Positions 39,627 to 49,934 of a DNA stretch of 64,000 bases are shown one piece after another; positions within the stretch are counted from its first letter, which is position 1; each line of letters opens with the position of its first letter. Source of the DNA: Planctomycetota bacterium (GTDB taxonomy: Bacteria > Planctomycetota > PLA2 > JAEUHO01). The position numbers and the translations under genes were made by a program. Below the pieces are notes generated by a model. The model saw nothing but the letters and a program-made list of their open reading frames with translations. It made no database searches and was not told where the DNA came from. The stretch covers positions 160,001 through 224,000 of the forward strand of contig CBDCWP010000038.1 in NCBI GenBank assembly GCA_965223505.1, given 5' to 3'.

Positions 39627-41078
39627 CTACCGGGTCTTCACCATCGACAGGCCCGAGTTGCGCCACGCGCTGGCGTAGTTCTTGCCCTTGGCGACGGCGA
39701 AGCGGTAGCCGTTGCGGGAGATCGGTGTCTTCTTGCCGCCTGGCGCGAGGCGGTTGCCCTCGAAGGTGTGGAACTCGACCTGCTGCGTCTCGCGGTCGAC
39801 CCAGATGCGCAGCTCGCGCGCTTCGACGCTGCCGAGGAACCGGCCGGCGTTGTCGTACTGCAGGATCACGACGCCGCCGACGCGGTCCTGCTTGATGCCC
39901 TCGATGCGCGTGATCTGCCACCATTCGCCGACCGTGCTGCGTCCGGCACGCAAGAGCTCGTTGAGCCGCGTGCGCACCCGTCCGACCAATCGCTTGTCGC
40001 GGTTCAGGTCCGGGTCGGGCGGCACCTGGATGACGGGCTTTTCGGCGTCCGGCAGCGCCGGCGGCGGCGGGGTCGCGTTCGTGTCGGGCGTCGCCGGCGG
40101 CGGGACGGCGCTCGGGTTGGCTTCGGACGACTTCACCGCCGGCTCGTCGAGCGGCTTCGGATCGGGCGGCACGGCGGCGGGGATCTTCGCAGCGGGAACG
40201 TCGTCGGGCAGCCCGAGGTTGTAGGCGGCCAGGCGCTTGCGCAGCATCGCGTTCTCTTGCCGCTCGCGCATGAGCGCTTCTTCCCGGTCCTTCAGCTTGG
40301 TCTCGGCGACCTCCATCTTGAGGTTCACCTCTCGCAGCGCCTTCTCCGCGACGTCCTTTCCGATCGCGTTGTTGCGCGCGCGCTGCGCGAAGTCCGCCAT
40401 CTCGTCGCGCTCCATCTCGGCGACGCGCTTGCGCTTGGCGAGCTCGGCGAGCTCGGCCTGCGCCTCGTCGTACTTCTTCTGCTCGGTGCGCAAGCGGTCT
40501 TCGGCGTCGCTCAGCGCGAGCTGCATGCGAGAAACGCGGCCCTGGGACTCCGCCGCGCCCTTGCTCATGCCCTCTTGGTAGCTCTTCAGCCGCCCCGCCT
40601 CGAGCGCGGCGACGTTGACGCTGTCGTTCGGCAACGGACGTTGCTCCTGGATCGCGACGACGATGACGTAGATGCCGCCGAGCATCACGATGAGCAGTCC
40701 GAGGATCAGCGCGGGCACGAGACGCTCGTTGCGCGGCTTCTGCGCCTCGCCGAGACGCTGCAGGAGCTCGCGCTGAATCGACGCGAGGTTGCGAAACGTG
40801 TCATTGAGGGCGTTGGTGCTCTGCAGCACCATCTCGCTGCGATCGTTGCGGCGCAGCGCCGCGGCCAGCTCGCCCTGGATCTCGTGCATGCCCCGCAGCG
40901 CGTCGGCGTTCGACTGAAACGCGCGGGCGAGGTCGCGCATCGCGCCCGGGGCGACGTCCGATCCGTCGGACGCCAACGCGTCGGGCCGACGCGCGGCCAT
41001 GGCGTCCGGCGTCACGATCTCCGGCTCCGCGGCGACGTCGCGGGGCGCGTCCGGATCGGGGCGGTCGGCGTCGGTCAT
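39627..41078 (-). CDS. Hypothetical single-TM coiled-coil protein with Pro-rich linker
   Basis: 483-aa ORF with good codon usage. Confidence 0.7.
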   Translation of the reverse strand: MTDADRPDPDAPRDVAAEPEIVTPDAMAARRPDALASDGSDVAPGAMRDLARAFQSNADALRGMHEIQGELAAALRRNDRSEMVLQSTNALNDTFRNLASIQRELLQRLGEAQKPRNERLVPALILGLLIVMLGGIYVIVVAIQEQRPLPNDSVNVAALEAGRLKSYQEGMSKGAAESQGRVSRMQLALSDAEDRLRTEQKKYDEAQAELAELAKRKRVAEMERDEMADFAQRARNNAIGKDVAEKALREVNLKMEVAETKLKDREEALMRERQENAMLRKRLAAYNLGLPDDVPAAKIPAAVPPDPKPLDEPAVKSSEANPSAVPPPATPDTNATPPPPALPDAEKPVIQVPPDPDLNRDKRLVGRVRTRLNELLRAGRSTVGEWWQITRIEGIKQDRVGGVVILQYDNAGRFLGSVEARELRIWVDRETQQVEFHTFEGNRLAPGGKKTPISRNGYRFAVAKGKNYASAWRNSGLSMVKTR

Positions 41079-41761
41079 CAGAAGTCCTTGATGCGGTCCA
41101 GACTCGGGTCCGAGATCAGCTCGCGCAGCTCCGCCCTGGTCCTTTGAAGCGCCCGAAAGGGCTTTCCTTCCGCAGTTTCGACACTCTTTGCATCGGCCAG
41201 TTCGACGCGGGACCCGAAGGGGAGCACCAAATTCGCCATCTTACCGGCCGGAACCTCGACCTCGCTGCGAAGCGCGCCCAGCGCCTTCAGAGCGAACGAC
41301 AGGCCGCCGTCGGCGTCGATCTCGCCGCGCGCGGCCATTTCCGCCAGGCTCTTCAGCGTGGCGGGACGCGCGCCGTTGATGCCCTCGATCCGCAGCGCCC
41401 CGTCGGCGACCCGGTAGGTGCGCGGTTCGTCGGAGGTGTTGAAGACGAGCAGGCGGTAGTACGCGAGGGCCTCGGGGTCGAGTCCGAGCCGGCGGTTGAG
41501 CTCGGCGTCGTGTCGTTCGTCGGGCTGGGTGTCGCCGAAGACGTTGGTGAGGGCGCCCTTGAGCCCCGGTCCGAGCTCCCCCACCCAGAGGGTGACCTGC
41601 GGAGGCGCGTTGCGGCGCGGCTGTGTGGGGCCGGGCTTGTCGCCGGGTCGCAGCCGCGGAACGATGAAGACGACCAGCGCCGCGACGGCGAGGCCGATCG
41701 TGGACAGGATGATGAGCGCCTGGGACCAGTCGCTCTTCAGGCCTTGGAGCGCGCGGGGCAT
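41078..41761 (-). CDS. Hypothetical membrane-anchored protein
   Basis: TM near N-terminus; TGATG-coupled to the next gene. Confidence 0.65.
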   Translation of the reverse strand: MPRALQGLKSDWSQALIILSTIGLAVAALVVFIVPRLRPGDKPGPTQPRRNAPPQVTLWVGELGPGLKGALTNVFGDTQPDERHDAELNRRLGLDPEALAYYRLLVFNTSDEPRTYRVADGALRIEGINGARPATLKSLAEMAARGEIDADGGLSFALKALGALRSEVEVPAGKMANLVLPFGSRVELADAKSVETAEGKPFRALQRTRAELRELISDPSLDRIKDF

Positions 41762-41887
41762 GGAATCAGTGTAAAGGCTATCGCACGGATGCGGCCGTTC
41801 GCCCCCTACCCGTCGCTCCAGGCCGGATTCGCGGACACCGTCACGCCCGGAACACAGGCGTTCCCCGGCGTCTCGGACCAACCGCCG

Positions 41888-42886
41888 CTACTTGATCTTC
41901 TCGTCCACCCACGGCGGCTTGTTCGCCTTCTTGTGGTCGCGGAACCAATCCTTGAAGCCCGCCATCGTGCTGTACGCCTGGCCGTCCGCATCCGTCGGCT
42001 CGCCTGCGTAGTGCTGGACGACCTTGATCGCGTCGACGCGGATCTTGTCCCAGAACTCCTTCGTCGCCTGGACCTTCGTGTCCGTCGTGTTCTGCGACGC
42101 CGTGTTCTCCGTCGCCTGGTAGATCTTGATGAACTCCTCGGTCACCGCGTAGCGCGTCTTGCCGGGCACGTTCGTGAACAGGACCATCGCCTTGTGAGCC
42201 GCAATCAGGCGGTCCACCTCGTTCGGCGAGTTCTTCGTGTGAACGAAGTTGTCGAGCATCCACTTCAGACCGGCCGGGTGGTTCAGCTTGCCGATCGCCG
42301 CGAACGCCATCTCGAGGTGGTCCGTGCTCACCTGGTACTTGGCCTTGCGCAGGCCGTCGAGCGCCTTGGCGATCTTGTCGCTGAGCTTCTTGCGCTTCTT
42401 CTCGTCGTCCGCAATCACCTTGAGCTGCGCGATGTCGCCCAGGATCTTCGCCGCGCGAATACAGACGTCGTCGCGGATGTTGGTCTCGGCCCGGATCTTC
42501 TGCAGTGTGAGCGCCTTGAAGAACAGCTTCTCCGCCTTCTTGGCGTGATCGGCCTCCTGCTTCTCCACCTTGTCCAACGCGGCCTTGTAGTCCTTCATCG
42601 CGGCGGCGTGCGCGGCCTTCGCCTCCTCGTCGGCGTCATCCGCGATATCGGCCGGCTTCTCGGGCTTGGCGAAGTTGTAGTAGGCCTTGAACGCGACATC
42701 GAGGTACTGCAGCAGATCCTCGTTCGTGATCTTCTTGCTCTTGATGTCGGAGGAGAGCTGGTCGAGGTCCTTGCCGGCCTCGGCGGGATCCACCGGAGGG
42801 CCCTGGTCGACGGCCGCCATGGCCGCGGGCGCGCTCAACAGGAGCAGCGGAACGATCAGCAAGATGAGCCATCGCAGATGCGGCAT
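41888..42886 (-). CDS. Hypothetical secreted alpha-helical (HEAT-like) protein
   Basis: GGAGG RBS, signal peptide, strongly biased codon usage. Confidence 0.75.
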   Translation of the reverse strand: MPHLRWLILLIVPLLLLSAPAAMAAVDQGPPVDPAEAGKDLDQLSSDIKSKKITNEDLLQYLDVAFKAYYNFAKPEKPADIADDADEEAKAAHAAAMKDYKAALDKVEKQEADHAKKAEKLFFKALTLQKIRAETNIRDDVCIRAAKILGDIAQLKVIADDEKKRKKLSDKIAKALDGLRKAKYQVSTDHLEMAFAAIGKLNHPAGLKWMLDNFVHTKNSPNEVDRLIAAHKAMVLFTNVPGKTRYAVTEEFIKIYQATENTASQNTTDTKVQATKEFWDKIRVDAIKVVQHYAGEPTDADGQAYSTMAGFKDWFRDHKKANKPPWVDEKIK

Positions 42887-43101
42887 GGCAACCTCCGTCG
42901 AATTCGAGTGGACCCGCATTGTAACGAACGCGACCCGCTTGCGGGCCGGGGCGCCCCAAACGGGACCGGATTCCCGCACGAGGGACACGAATCGGTCGTC
43001 GTGTCCCCGTCCGGAGACACGTTTCGGCCTGAATCGGGCGTGTCCGTTGGAAAGAGCAAACCCCCTGCCGGGCGAGGGGAGCGCGTCTCTACAATCCCGC
43101 G

Positions 43102-44472
43102 GTGCCCGCTTCGCGTCCCCCGCTCGTTCGTGTCGTACGCAGCGCGCGCGGTCTGCCGTCGCCGACGGAGGTCCTGCGTCGGCTCGCGCGGCGGCCGCAC
43201 CCGTTCCTGCGGCTGGTCGCCGGACCGGGCTTTCGTGGCACGCCGTGGTCCTTCATCGCCTCGGACCCGGTTGATCGCATCCGCACCACGCCCCGCGGGC
43301 GTATGACGCCGCTCTCGGCTCAGCTGGGGGCGCTGCGGCCCGTGAGGATCGAGCGCGAGGGCCCCGCGATGCCGTTTGCAGGCGGCTGGGCCGGGTGGAT
43401 CGGCTACGAGGCGCGCAGCGGCGTCGAGAGGCGGCCGCCGCCGCGCAGCGCGCCGCTGGCCTTCCCCAACATCTGGCTCGGCCGCTACGACGCCGTGCTC
43501 GGCTGGAACCACGCGACCGGCAAGGCCTTCGTCGCCGGCTCGGGCGCCACCTGGGCGGCGGCTCGGCGCGCCGCGGACGCGCTGGTCGCGCGCGCGCGGA
43601 AGCAAGGACGCTGTGCGTCGAACGGCTGCTCGCTGGCCACGCCTCGCGCCCAGCGCGAGCCGGCGCAGTTTCGCCGCGCCGTCACCCGCGCGCGCAACGC
43701 GGTGCTTCGCGGCGACATCTTCCAAGCCAACGTCTCCCAGCGGTTCGACGCGCGGGCAGGCGGCGATCCCGTGTCGATGTTCGAGCGCCTGGTCGCGTCG
43801 CAGCCCGCACCGTACATGACCTACTGCGACGGCGGCGACGGACGTGTCGTGCTCTCCGCGAGCCCGGAGCGGTTCTTGCGCGTGCGCGGACGTGTCGCCG
43901 AGACCGATCCGATGAAGGGCACGCGGCCGCGCGGCGCGACGCGAGGCGAGGACGCGGCGCTTCGCAGGGCGCTCGAGGAAAGCGAGAAGGAGCGCGCCGA
44001 GCTGGCGATGATCGTCGACCTCTCGCGCAACGACCTCGCGCGCGTCTGCGCGCCGGGAAGCGTTCGCGTCACCGTGGCACGGCGCCTGCTGCGTTTCGCG
44101 CGCGTGCACCAGGCGATCGCCGTGGTGCGCGGACGGCTGCCGGCGGACCGCGACCGCGTGGATCTCCTGGAAGCGGCGTTCCCGCCGGGCAGCGTGACGG
44201 GCGCACCGAAGGTGCGCGCCATGGAGATCATCGACGATCTCGAGGGCGAAGGCCGCGGCCCCTACTGCGGCGCGCTCGGCTGGTTCGACGACGGCGGCGA
44301 CATGGATCTCGCGGTCGCCATCCGCACGATCTTGTTCTCCGGCCGCACGGCGTCGTACCGCGTCGGCGCGGGCATCACGCTGCGCTCCGATCCGCACGAC
44401 GAGTGGCGGGAGACGCTCGACAAGGGTCGTGGGCTCTTCGCAGCGCTGAGCGGTCACGAGGACGACGCATGA
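43102..44472 (+). CDS. pabB: Aminodeoxychorismate synthase component I / anthranilate synthase-like chorismate-binding protein
   Basis: SPERFL, PMKGTRPR, MIVDLSRND, FPPGSVTGAPK, YCGALG. Confidence 0.85.
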   Translation: MPASRPPLVRVVRSARGLPSPTEVLRRLARRPHPFLRLVAGPGFRGTPWSFIASDPVDRIRTTPRGRMTPLSAQLGALRPVRIEREGPAMPFAGGWAGWIGYEARSGVERRPPPRSAPLAFPNIWLGRYDAVLGWNHATGKAFVAGSGATWAAARRAADALVARARKQGRCASNGCSLATPRAQREPAQFRRAVTRARNAVLRGDIFQANVSQRFDARAGGDPVSMFERLVASQPAPYMTYCDGGDGRVVLSASPERFLRVRGRVAETDPMKGTRPRGATRGEDAALRRALEESEKERAELAMIVDLSRNDLARVCAPGSVRVTVARRLLRFARVHQAIAVVRGRLPADRDRVDLLEAAFPPGSVTGAPKVRAMEIIDDLEGEGRGPYCGALGWFDDGGDMDLAVAIRTILFSGRTASYRVGAGITLRSDPHDEWRETLDKGRGLFAALSGHEDDA

Positions 44473-45389
44473 GCGCCCGCCGGCTGCTCCTGCAGGACGT
44501 CGAGGCGTTTCTCTATCACATCGAGACGGTGCGCAACCTCTCGGACCACACGGTGCGCGCCTACGCGGGTGACTTGATGGAGGTGGCGACGGCGCTCGAA
44601 GACATGGGCTGCAAGACGGCGCGCAAGGTGGACCTGTTCACCCTGCGCCGCTACCTCGCGACGCTGCGCGACCGCAAGCTGTCGGCACGCACCGTCGCGC
44701 GCAAGATCAGCGCGATCCGCGCGCTGTTCAAGTGGCTCTCGGCGGCGGGCAAGCTCGAAGGCAACCCGGCCGAGGGCCTGCGCCTGCCGCGCCGCCGGCG
44801 CGGGCTCCCGCGCGTGCTGACGGCGGCGCAGGTTGCCGAGCTCTTGACCGCGCCGCCGCCCGACGGTTGGGCGGGCCGGCGCGACCGGGCGATCCTGGAG
44901 ACGCTGTACAGCACGGGCGCGCGCGTCTCCGAGCTGGCCGGCATGAACGTCGCCGATCTCGACCTGGCGGACGGGACCGTGTTGCTGCGCGGGAAGGGCC
45001 GCAAGGAGCGCATCGCGGGGCTGGGCGGGCCGTGCCTCGAAGCCCTGGACGCGTACCTGGAGGCGGTCGCCGCCCAGCGGGTTCGAAGGGAACGCGAGGC
45101 GGTGTTTCTGAACCGCTATGGGACGCGCCTGAGCACGCGCAGCATCGCGCGCATGCTCGACAAGTACGTCGCGCAGGCCGGACTGCCCGCGCACGTCAGT
45201 CCGCATACCCTGCGACACTCGTTCGCGACGCACATCCTCGAGGCGGGCGCCAACCTTCGCGAGGTACAAGAGCTCCTGGGACACCGCAACGTGGCCAGCA
45301 CGCAGATCTACACGCACCTGACGCTCGATCACCTGAAGCGGGTCTACGAGCGCGCCCATCCGCGGGCGGGAAAGACGTCGCGCCGATGA
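44469..45389 (+). CDS. xerC: Tyrosine recombinase XerC/XerD
   Basis: LYSTGARVSEL, GKGRKER, HTLRHSFATH, LLGH..STQIYTH, HPRA. Confidence 0.88.
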   Translation: MSARRLLLQDVEAFLYHIETVRNLSDHTVRAYAGDLMEVATALEDMGCKTARKVDLFTLRRYLATLRDRKLSARTVARKISAIRALFKWLSAAGKLEGNPAEGLRLPRRRRGLPRVLTAAQVAELLTAPPPDGWAGRRDRAILETLYSTGARVSELAGMNVADLDLADGTVLLRGKGRKERIAGLGGPCLEALDAYLEAVAAQRVRREREAVFLNRYGTRLSTRSIARMLDKYVAQAGLPAHVSPHTLRHSFATHILEAGANLREVQELLGHRNVASTQIYTHLTLDHLKRVYERAHPRAGKTSRR

Positions 45390-46504
45390 GAGCTCCGCCG
45401 GTCGAGTACGTGGAGGGCGGCACGCCCCGACCGAGCCGGATCAAGTGGCTGTTCTTCCTCGCGTGGGTGATCGTCTACCTGCTCGCCATGTGGCAGTCGA
45501 GCTGGCAGTGGTCGTCGCACCACTGGCCTGCGTTCGGCAGTCCGCGGCCGGACGTCTTGAACCGCTTCGGCGCCGCCGCCCCCACGCTCGTGCACACGGG
45601 CGACTGGCACCGGCTGTTCCTCGACGTCTTCATCGAGGTGAACCTGATCGGGCTGTTGTTCACGCTCTGGATCTGGACCGGTTTCGCGTCGCTGATGATC
45701 ACGCTTTGGGGACCGGGGCGCACGTGGGTCGTCTTCGTCGCCGGCGGCGCCGGCGCCGCCCTCGCCCACGCGCTCGCCAACCCGGAGCTTCCGATCGCCG
45801 GCGCGGGCCCGACGGGCTGCATCATGGCGGCGCTCGGCGCGTTCGCCGTATGGGGCTTCGCGAACCGGGGACCGATGGCCAAGAAGGTCCGCAAGATGGT
45901 CATCGGCTACTTCATCTTCATGGCGATCCTGTCGGCCGTCTTTTCCCTCTATCAGACCGGCGAGGTCACCGCGTCGGGCTTCCACTACGCCGGCCTGCTC
46001 GGTGGGTTCGGCGCGGGCATCGTTTGCTTGTTCGTGCTGGGTCCGCGACGGGCGAGCTCGGATCCCGGCGTGCTGTCGCGCGCGCTGTGCGTCGTAGCGT
46101 CCACCGCAGTCGTCATCTCGTTCGTCATCCAGGCGCCGCGCGCGGTGTCCGGCGCGGCGCCCAACCACGTCGAGGACTACTTCAAGCAGCTGGCGCGCAT
46201 CGAGCGTCTTGCGTACCGCCTGTACCAGAACCCGCGCGACTCCACGCCCTTGAAGCGGATCGAATTGCGCGACTCGATCAACGCCGTCAAGGAGCTCGAG
46301 TGGATCGAAGACTGGGAAGGGCGCGACGCGTTGTTTGCCTACTTCGAGACGCTGCTCCCCATCGCCCGCAACGACGTCGCCGACCCGCACGGAACGCTGA
46401 TGCGGATTCGGAGCGCGTACGTCGTCTATCTCTCGCAAGAGGAGCGATTGCGAGCGGAGTACGCCGTCCAGAAACGGGCCGTCGAGTACTGGACCTTGCC
46501 GTGA
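45386..46504 (+). CDS. Rhomboid-fold membrane protein apparently lacking catalytic residues
   Basis: GDWHRLF and rhomboid-like TM layout, but GASG is replaced by GPTG and AHLGG by GLLGG. Confidence 0.65.
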   Translation: MRAPPVEYVEGGTPRPSRIKWLFFLAWVIVYLLAMWQSSWQWSSHHWPAFGSPRPDVLNRFGAAAPTLVHTGDWHRLFLDVFIEVNLIGLLFTLWIWTGFASLMITLWGPGRTWVVFVAGGAGAALAHALANPELPIAGAGPTGCIMAALGAFAVWGFANRGPMAKKVRKMVIGYFIFMAILSAVFSLYQTGEVTASGFHYAGLLGGFGAGIVCLFVLGPRRASSDPGVLSRALCVVASTAVVISFVIQAPRAVSGAAPNHVEDYFKQLARIERLAYRLYQNPRDSTPLKRIELRDSINAVKELEWIEDWEGRDALFAYFETLLPIARNDVADPHGTLMRIRSAYVVYLSQEERLRAEYAVQKRAVEYWTLP

Positions 46505-47208
46505 GGGACGGGTCGGCGATTCGGGTGGTGCGCACGCGCCGCGGCGCGCGGCTCGTTCAGGACGGGCTCATCGTGAGCGAGGTGCTGCGGCGGCCCGGCG
46601 CGACGGACACGCTGTTCGACGTGCTGGCCGCCTCGATCGCCGCGCTCGCCCCGGGCCCGAAGGTCGCGATGCTCGGCTTCGCCGCCGGCGGGATCGTCGC
46701 GCCCCTGCGCGCGATGGGATTCGGACACCCGCTCGTCGGGGTCGATCTCTCGGTCGACGGCGAAGCGCTCTTTCGCGAGCTCTCCTCCCCGTGGTGCGGC
46801 GACGTCAAGCTCACGTGCGCGGACGCCGCCCGGTGGCTACGGCGCGGGACGACGAAGTTCGATCTGATCCTGGAGGACCTCTCCGCGGACACCGTACGCG
46901 GCGTGACGAAACCCGCGGTCAGCCTCGGACCGCTGCCCGCGCTGATGCGCTCGCGGCTCGCGCCGGGCGGCATCGCGGTCACGAACGTGTTGCCGGTTCC
47001 GGGCATGCCGTTCACGCGGCTGCTCCCCCATCTGGCGCGTCCCTTCCGACACGCTCGTGCCGTCGTGCTCGACGAGTGGGAGAACCGAGTCTTGATCGCC
47101 GGTCGCGCGCCGCCGGCGGCGCGCGAGATCTCGCGTGCGCTGCGACGGCATCTCGAGGCGATCGGGTCGTCGGAGGCGGGGAAGCTCCGCGTGCGGACGA
47201 TTCGGTAG
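46501..47208 (+). CDS. Spermidine synthase-like SAM-dependent methyltransferase
   Basis: MLGFAAGG, VGVD, ADA..WL, FDLILED, LAPGGI. Confidence 0.7.
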   Translation: MRDGSAIRVVRTRRGARLVQDGLIVSEVLRRPGATDTLFDVLAASIAALAPGPKVAMLGFAAGGIVAPLRAMGFGHPLVGVDLSVDGEALFRELSSPWCGDVKLTCADAARWLRRGTTKFDLILEDLSADTVRGVTKPAVSLGPLPALMRSRLAPGGIAVTNVLPVPGMPFTRLLPHLARPFRHARAVVLDEWENRVLIAGRAPPAAREISRALRRHLEAIGSSEAGKLRVRTIR

Positions 47209-47216
47209 CGGCGCCG

Positions 47217-48584
47217 CTACTTGGACTGACGCAGCTCGATCCAGCGGCCGGCGGCGCCGCGCTGCGCGCCCACACCCCACGGCCCGGACAGGTCGTGATG
47301 GGCGGGAATCTCGACGGTTCCCAGCGACGTACCCGCCACCGACACCGTGAGCTTCCGGTCTTCGATGCGCGCTTCGATCTCGAAGGGCGCGCCGCGCGCG
47401 ACGGCGGGGCACTTCGCGCCCAACAGGTTGTTCCACTTGCCGCCGTCCGCGCTTTGGAAGTCGAAGACGTTGACGCCGTAGTCCGCCGTGAAGGCGATCG
47501 ACACGAAGCCGGCGTCGCTGCGTGCGAGCAACAGGTTCATCTGCTTGCCGTAGCTCGGGAGGATCTCCAATCGGCCGCCGACGCGGTACGGCGGCGCGCC
47601 GGCGCGCTGCGTGCGCCAGGCGACGGCATTCGAGCTCGGGAACGCGTACTGCCGCCACGTCGTGCCTTGCGCGTCGAGCGAGCGGATCACCTCGTCCCAG
47701 GCGGGCTTCTGCTCCTCGAGCCACGCGTGCCACTCTTCGTCGAGTCCTTCGTAGCGCTTTTTGCCGAACGCCTTCTCGACCTGCTCGCGCACACGCTTGG
47801 TGAAGTCGCTCCCGCCCCCCATGCGCCGAATGGCCTTGCGCACCTTGTCGAGCTTCTTGCGATGCGCGTCTGTCGCGAGCCACTCGAACAACACGCGCTT
47901 GACGGCGTACAGCTCGTTGAAGCCGAGGTCCGCACGCTCGTCTCGGAAGAGCGCATCGACGGCCGGCAGCTTGCCGTCCTTCAGGAGACGCTGCACGCGC
48001 AGATAGGACTTGCCGCTCATCGGGTCTTCCATCAATCCGTCGATGAGGTCCAGCGTCTTCAACGCCTCGTACTTCAGGAATTGACCGGCGCCGTCGCCGA
48101 ACCAGTCGGGGTGATCCTCGAAGTTGGGCATGTTGTCGAAGCGCACGAGGTGCGCGGCTTCGTGTGCGAGCAGATTGCGGGTTTGCAGCGGCAGGCCGTG
48201 GGCGTCGAGCACCTCGTCGCTGACCTCGGGCTGCATCGCGACGTGCGCGGACTTCGTGGCGAAGTGCGCGAATGCCAGATTGCGCTTGAACGCGCCTTTG
48301 GTGAGGCCTTGCTCGGCCGCTTCGTAGTCGGCCGTGTCGCGATAGAGATTGATGACGAGCGGCTTGTCGGGACGGCGGCTGCCGAGTCCGTAGAGCGCGG
48401 CGGCCTCCTTCCAGAGCGCCTCGACGGTGGCGAGCGCTTCGTCGGCGCAGCGCGGCGACTCGAAGTGGCAGACCACCTCGAAGTGGTCGCCGGTGCGAAC
48501 GGTGGTCTCGCCGTCTTCGGCGAGGACGGTGCCATGTAGCGTGGCCAGGACGAGGAAACTCGTGACGAGGGTGGTGCGCTTCAT
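47217..48584 (-). CDS. Secreted putative zinc metallopeptidase (HExxH)
   Basis: Signal peptide; LLAHEAAHLV followed by PDWFGDG. Confidence 0.65.
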   Translation of the reverse strand: MKRTTLVTSFLVLATLHGTVLAEDGETTVRTGDHFEVVCHFESPRCADEALATVEALWKEAAALYGLGSRRPDKPLVINLYRDTADYEAAEQGLTKGAFKRNLAFAHFATKSAHVAMQPEVSDEVLDAHGLPLQTRNLLAHEAAHLVRFDNMPNFEDHPDWFGDGAGQFLKYEALKTLDLIDGLMEDPMSGKSYLRVQRLLKDGKLPAVDALFRDERADLGFNELYAVKRVLFEWLATDAHRKKLDKVRKAIRRMGGGSDFTKRVREQVEKAFGKKRYEGLDEEWHAWLEEQKPAWDEVIRSLDAQGTTWRQYAFPSSNAVAWRTQRAGAPPYRVGGRLEILPSYGKQMNLLLARSDAGFVSIAFTADYGVNVFDFQSADGGKWNNLLGAKCPAVARGAPFEIEARIEDRKLTVSVAGTSLGTVEIPAHHDLSGPWGVGAQRGAAGRWIELRQSK

Positions 48585-48671
48585 GCCGGAAGAGTACGGG
48601 GGGACTCAGATCCGTTGTTAGGGACGTGACGACCTTTGCGCGGTCAAACTCCGGCCTGGTAGAACAGCCGC

Positions 48672-49073
48672 ATGGACGGTGTGATTAGCGAGTGTTCGTG
48701 CGGTCATCAGTTCTCCACGGGACGCGAGCACGCAGGACGTCACTTCAAGTGCAGGCACTGCGGCGCCGAGCTCGTCGTTCCGATGCCCGATGACGCGACA
48801 GGCGAGGATGCCGTGGTTTGGATTCGCAACGCGCGCAACGGCGGTGCTACTCGAGGCGCCATTCGATCGCAGCTTCACACGTGGGGTGCGGACTCGAACG
48901 AGACGGCCCTGCTGATGGATGAGGCGTTGGGCGCGTCGAAAGCCGTCGTGATTCGTGAAGAGAGGGCTGCTGCCGCGAAGAAGGCGCTGATCATCGGCAT
49001 CGTCGTGTTCGTCGCCTTCAATATCCTCGCGCACATCCTCGACCTTCCGTTCCGGATCGGATTCGGTCGATAG
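48672..49073 (+). CDS. Hypothetical protein with zinc ribbon and C-terminal TM
   Basis: CSCG...CRHCG. Confidence 0.65.
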   Translation: MDGVISECSCGHQFSTGREHAGRHFKCRHCGAELVVPMPDDATGEDAVVWIRNARNGGATRGAIRSQLHTWGADSNETALLMDEALGASKAVVIREERAAAAKKALIIGIVVFVAFNILAHILDLPFRIGFGR

Positions 49074-49085
49074 GCTGCGCTCCTC

Positions 49086-49904
49086 CTACTCGCGCATGAG
49101 TCGTTGCCGGCGCGCGAGCCGGGACGCGTGGACTTCGGCGTGCCTGGCCTTCGCTCTCTCCCTCGCGACATACCAGGCAATCGCGCCGCAGGTCCCTGCG
49201 ACGAACATCAGGATGCCGATCCACATGGTCTTTCGACTCTTCTCCGGTGGGACACGTCCCTCATGGAAGATCCAACAGCTGGAGATCTTGGCGTCCGGAA
49301 ACGTCTCTCGGAGAAGCTCGCGCTGTGAGCTAGAGATCGGGTCGATCTCGTTGATCACCAGCCCGCGCAGCGTGTCTTTCGACAAGAGTCTCTCGAGGCT
49401 GCCCTCACTGGAGACCGTCGTCGACTTCAGAACGACATTGAAGTCCTTGGGCGTAGGCGCCTCCTCACCGTCGTTCAGCTCCGCCATCATCTGGTCGTAG
49501 GCGCCGCCCCGTGGCACGAGCGGAATCAACACCGTCTCCCAGACATCGACGGACGCCGTGAGCTTCCGGCCCTCGTACGCGTATTCCAAGGTGCCCGAGA
49601 ATTCGCTCAGCTCCACGTGCGCGTTCGACCCGGGTCCGTTGGTCGCAAGCTCTTCTAGTGTCATCTTCTGGGCCGTCGGCAACGCCAAGGAAGCTTGCTT
49701 CGAGTCTTTGTAGCCCATGTAGGCCACCACGACGCCGCCGACGATCATCCCGGCGACGAGCCCCACCACCTTCTGACCGATGTACCCGCCGAGAGGGTTG
49801 GTCGACTCGCTGCTTCGCCGGAGGCTTCGACGAACGGGCGCGGCTGGCCGAGCCGGCGGTTGAGAGGTCCTCCAAGACTTCTGCCGTCGGCGCCCCTGAG
49901 CCAT
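49086..49904 (-). CDS. Hypothetical two-TM protein
   Basis: Two TM segments flanking a soluble domain; atypical codon usage. Confidence 0.65.
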   Translation of the reverse strand: MAQGRRRQKSWRTSQPPARPAAPVRRSLRRSSESTNPLGGYIGQKVVGLVAGMIVGGVVVAYMGYKDSKQASLALPTAQKMTLEELATNGPGSNAHVELSEFSGTLEYAYEGRKLTASVDVWETVLIPLVPRGGAYDQMMAELNDGEEAPTPKDFNVVLKSTTVSSEGSLERLLSKDTLRGLVINEIDPISSSQRELLRETFPDAKISSCWIFHEGRVPPEKSRKTMWIGILMFVAGTCGAIAWYVARERAKARHAEVHASRLARRQRLMRE

Positions 49905-49934
49905 GGGACCACCGTATCGGTTACGGGGGGAGGG

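Noticed and set aside
44469..45389. Integrase of a genomic island near tRNA-Glu
   Set aside because: Typical housekeeping XerC/D (HPRA C-terminus), embedded in an operon, no att duplication seen
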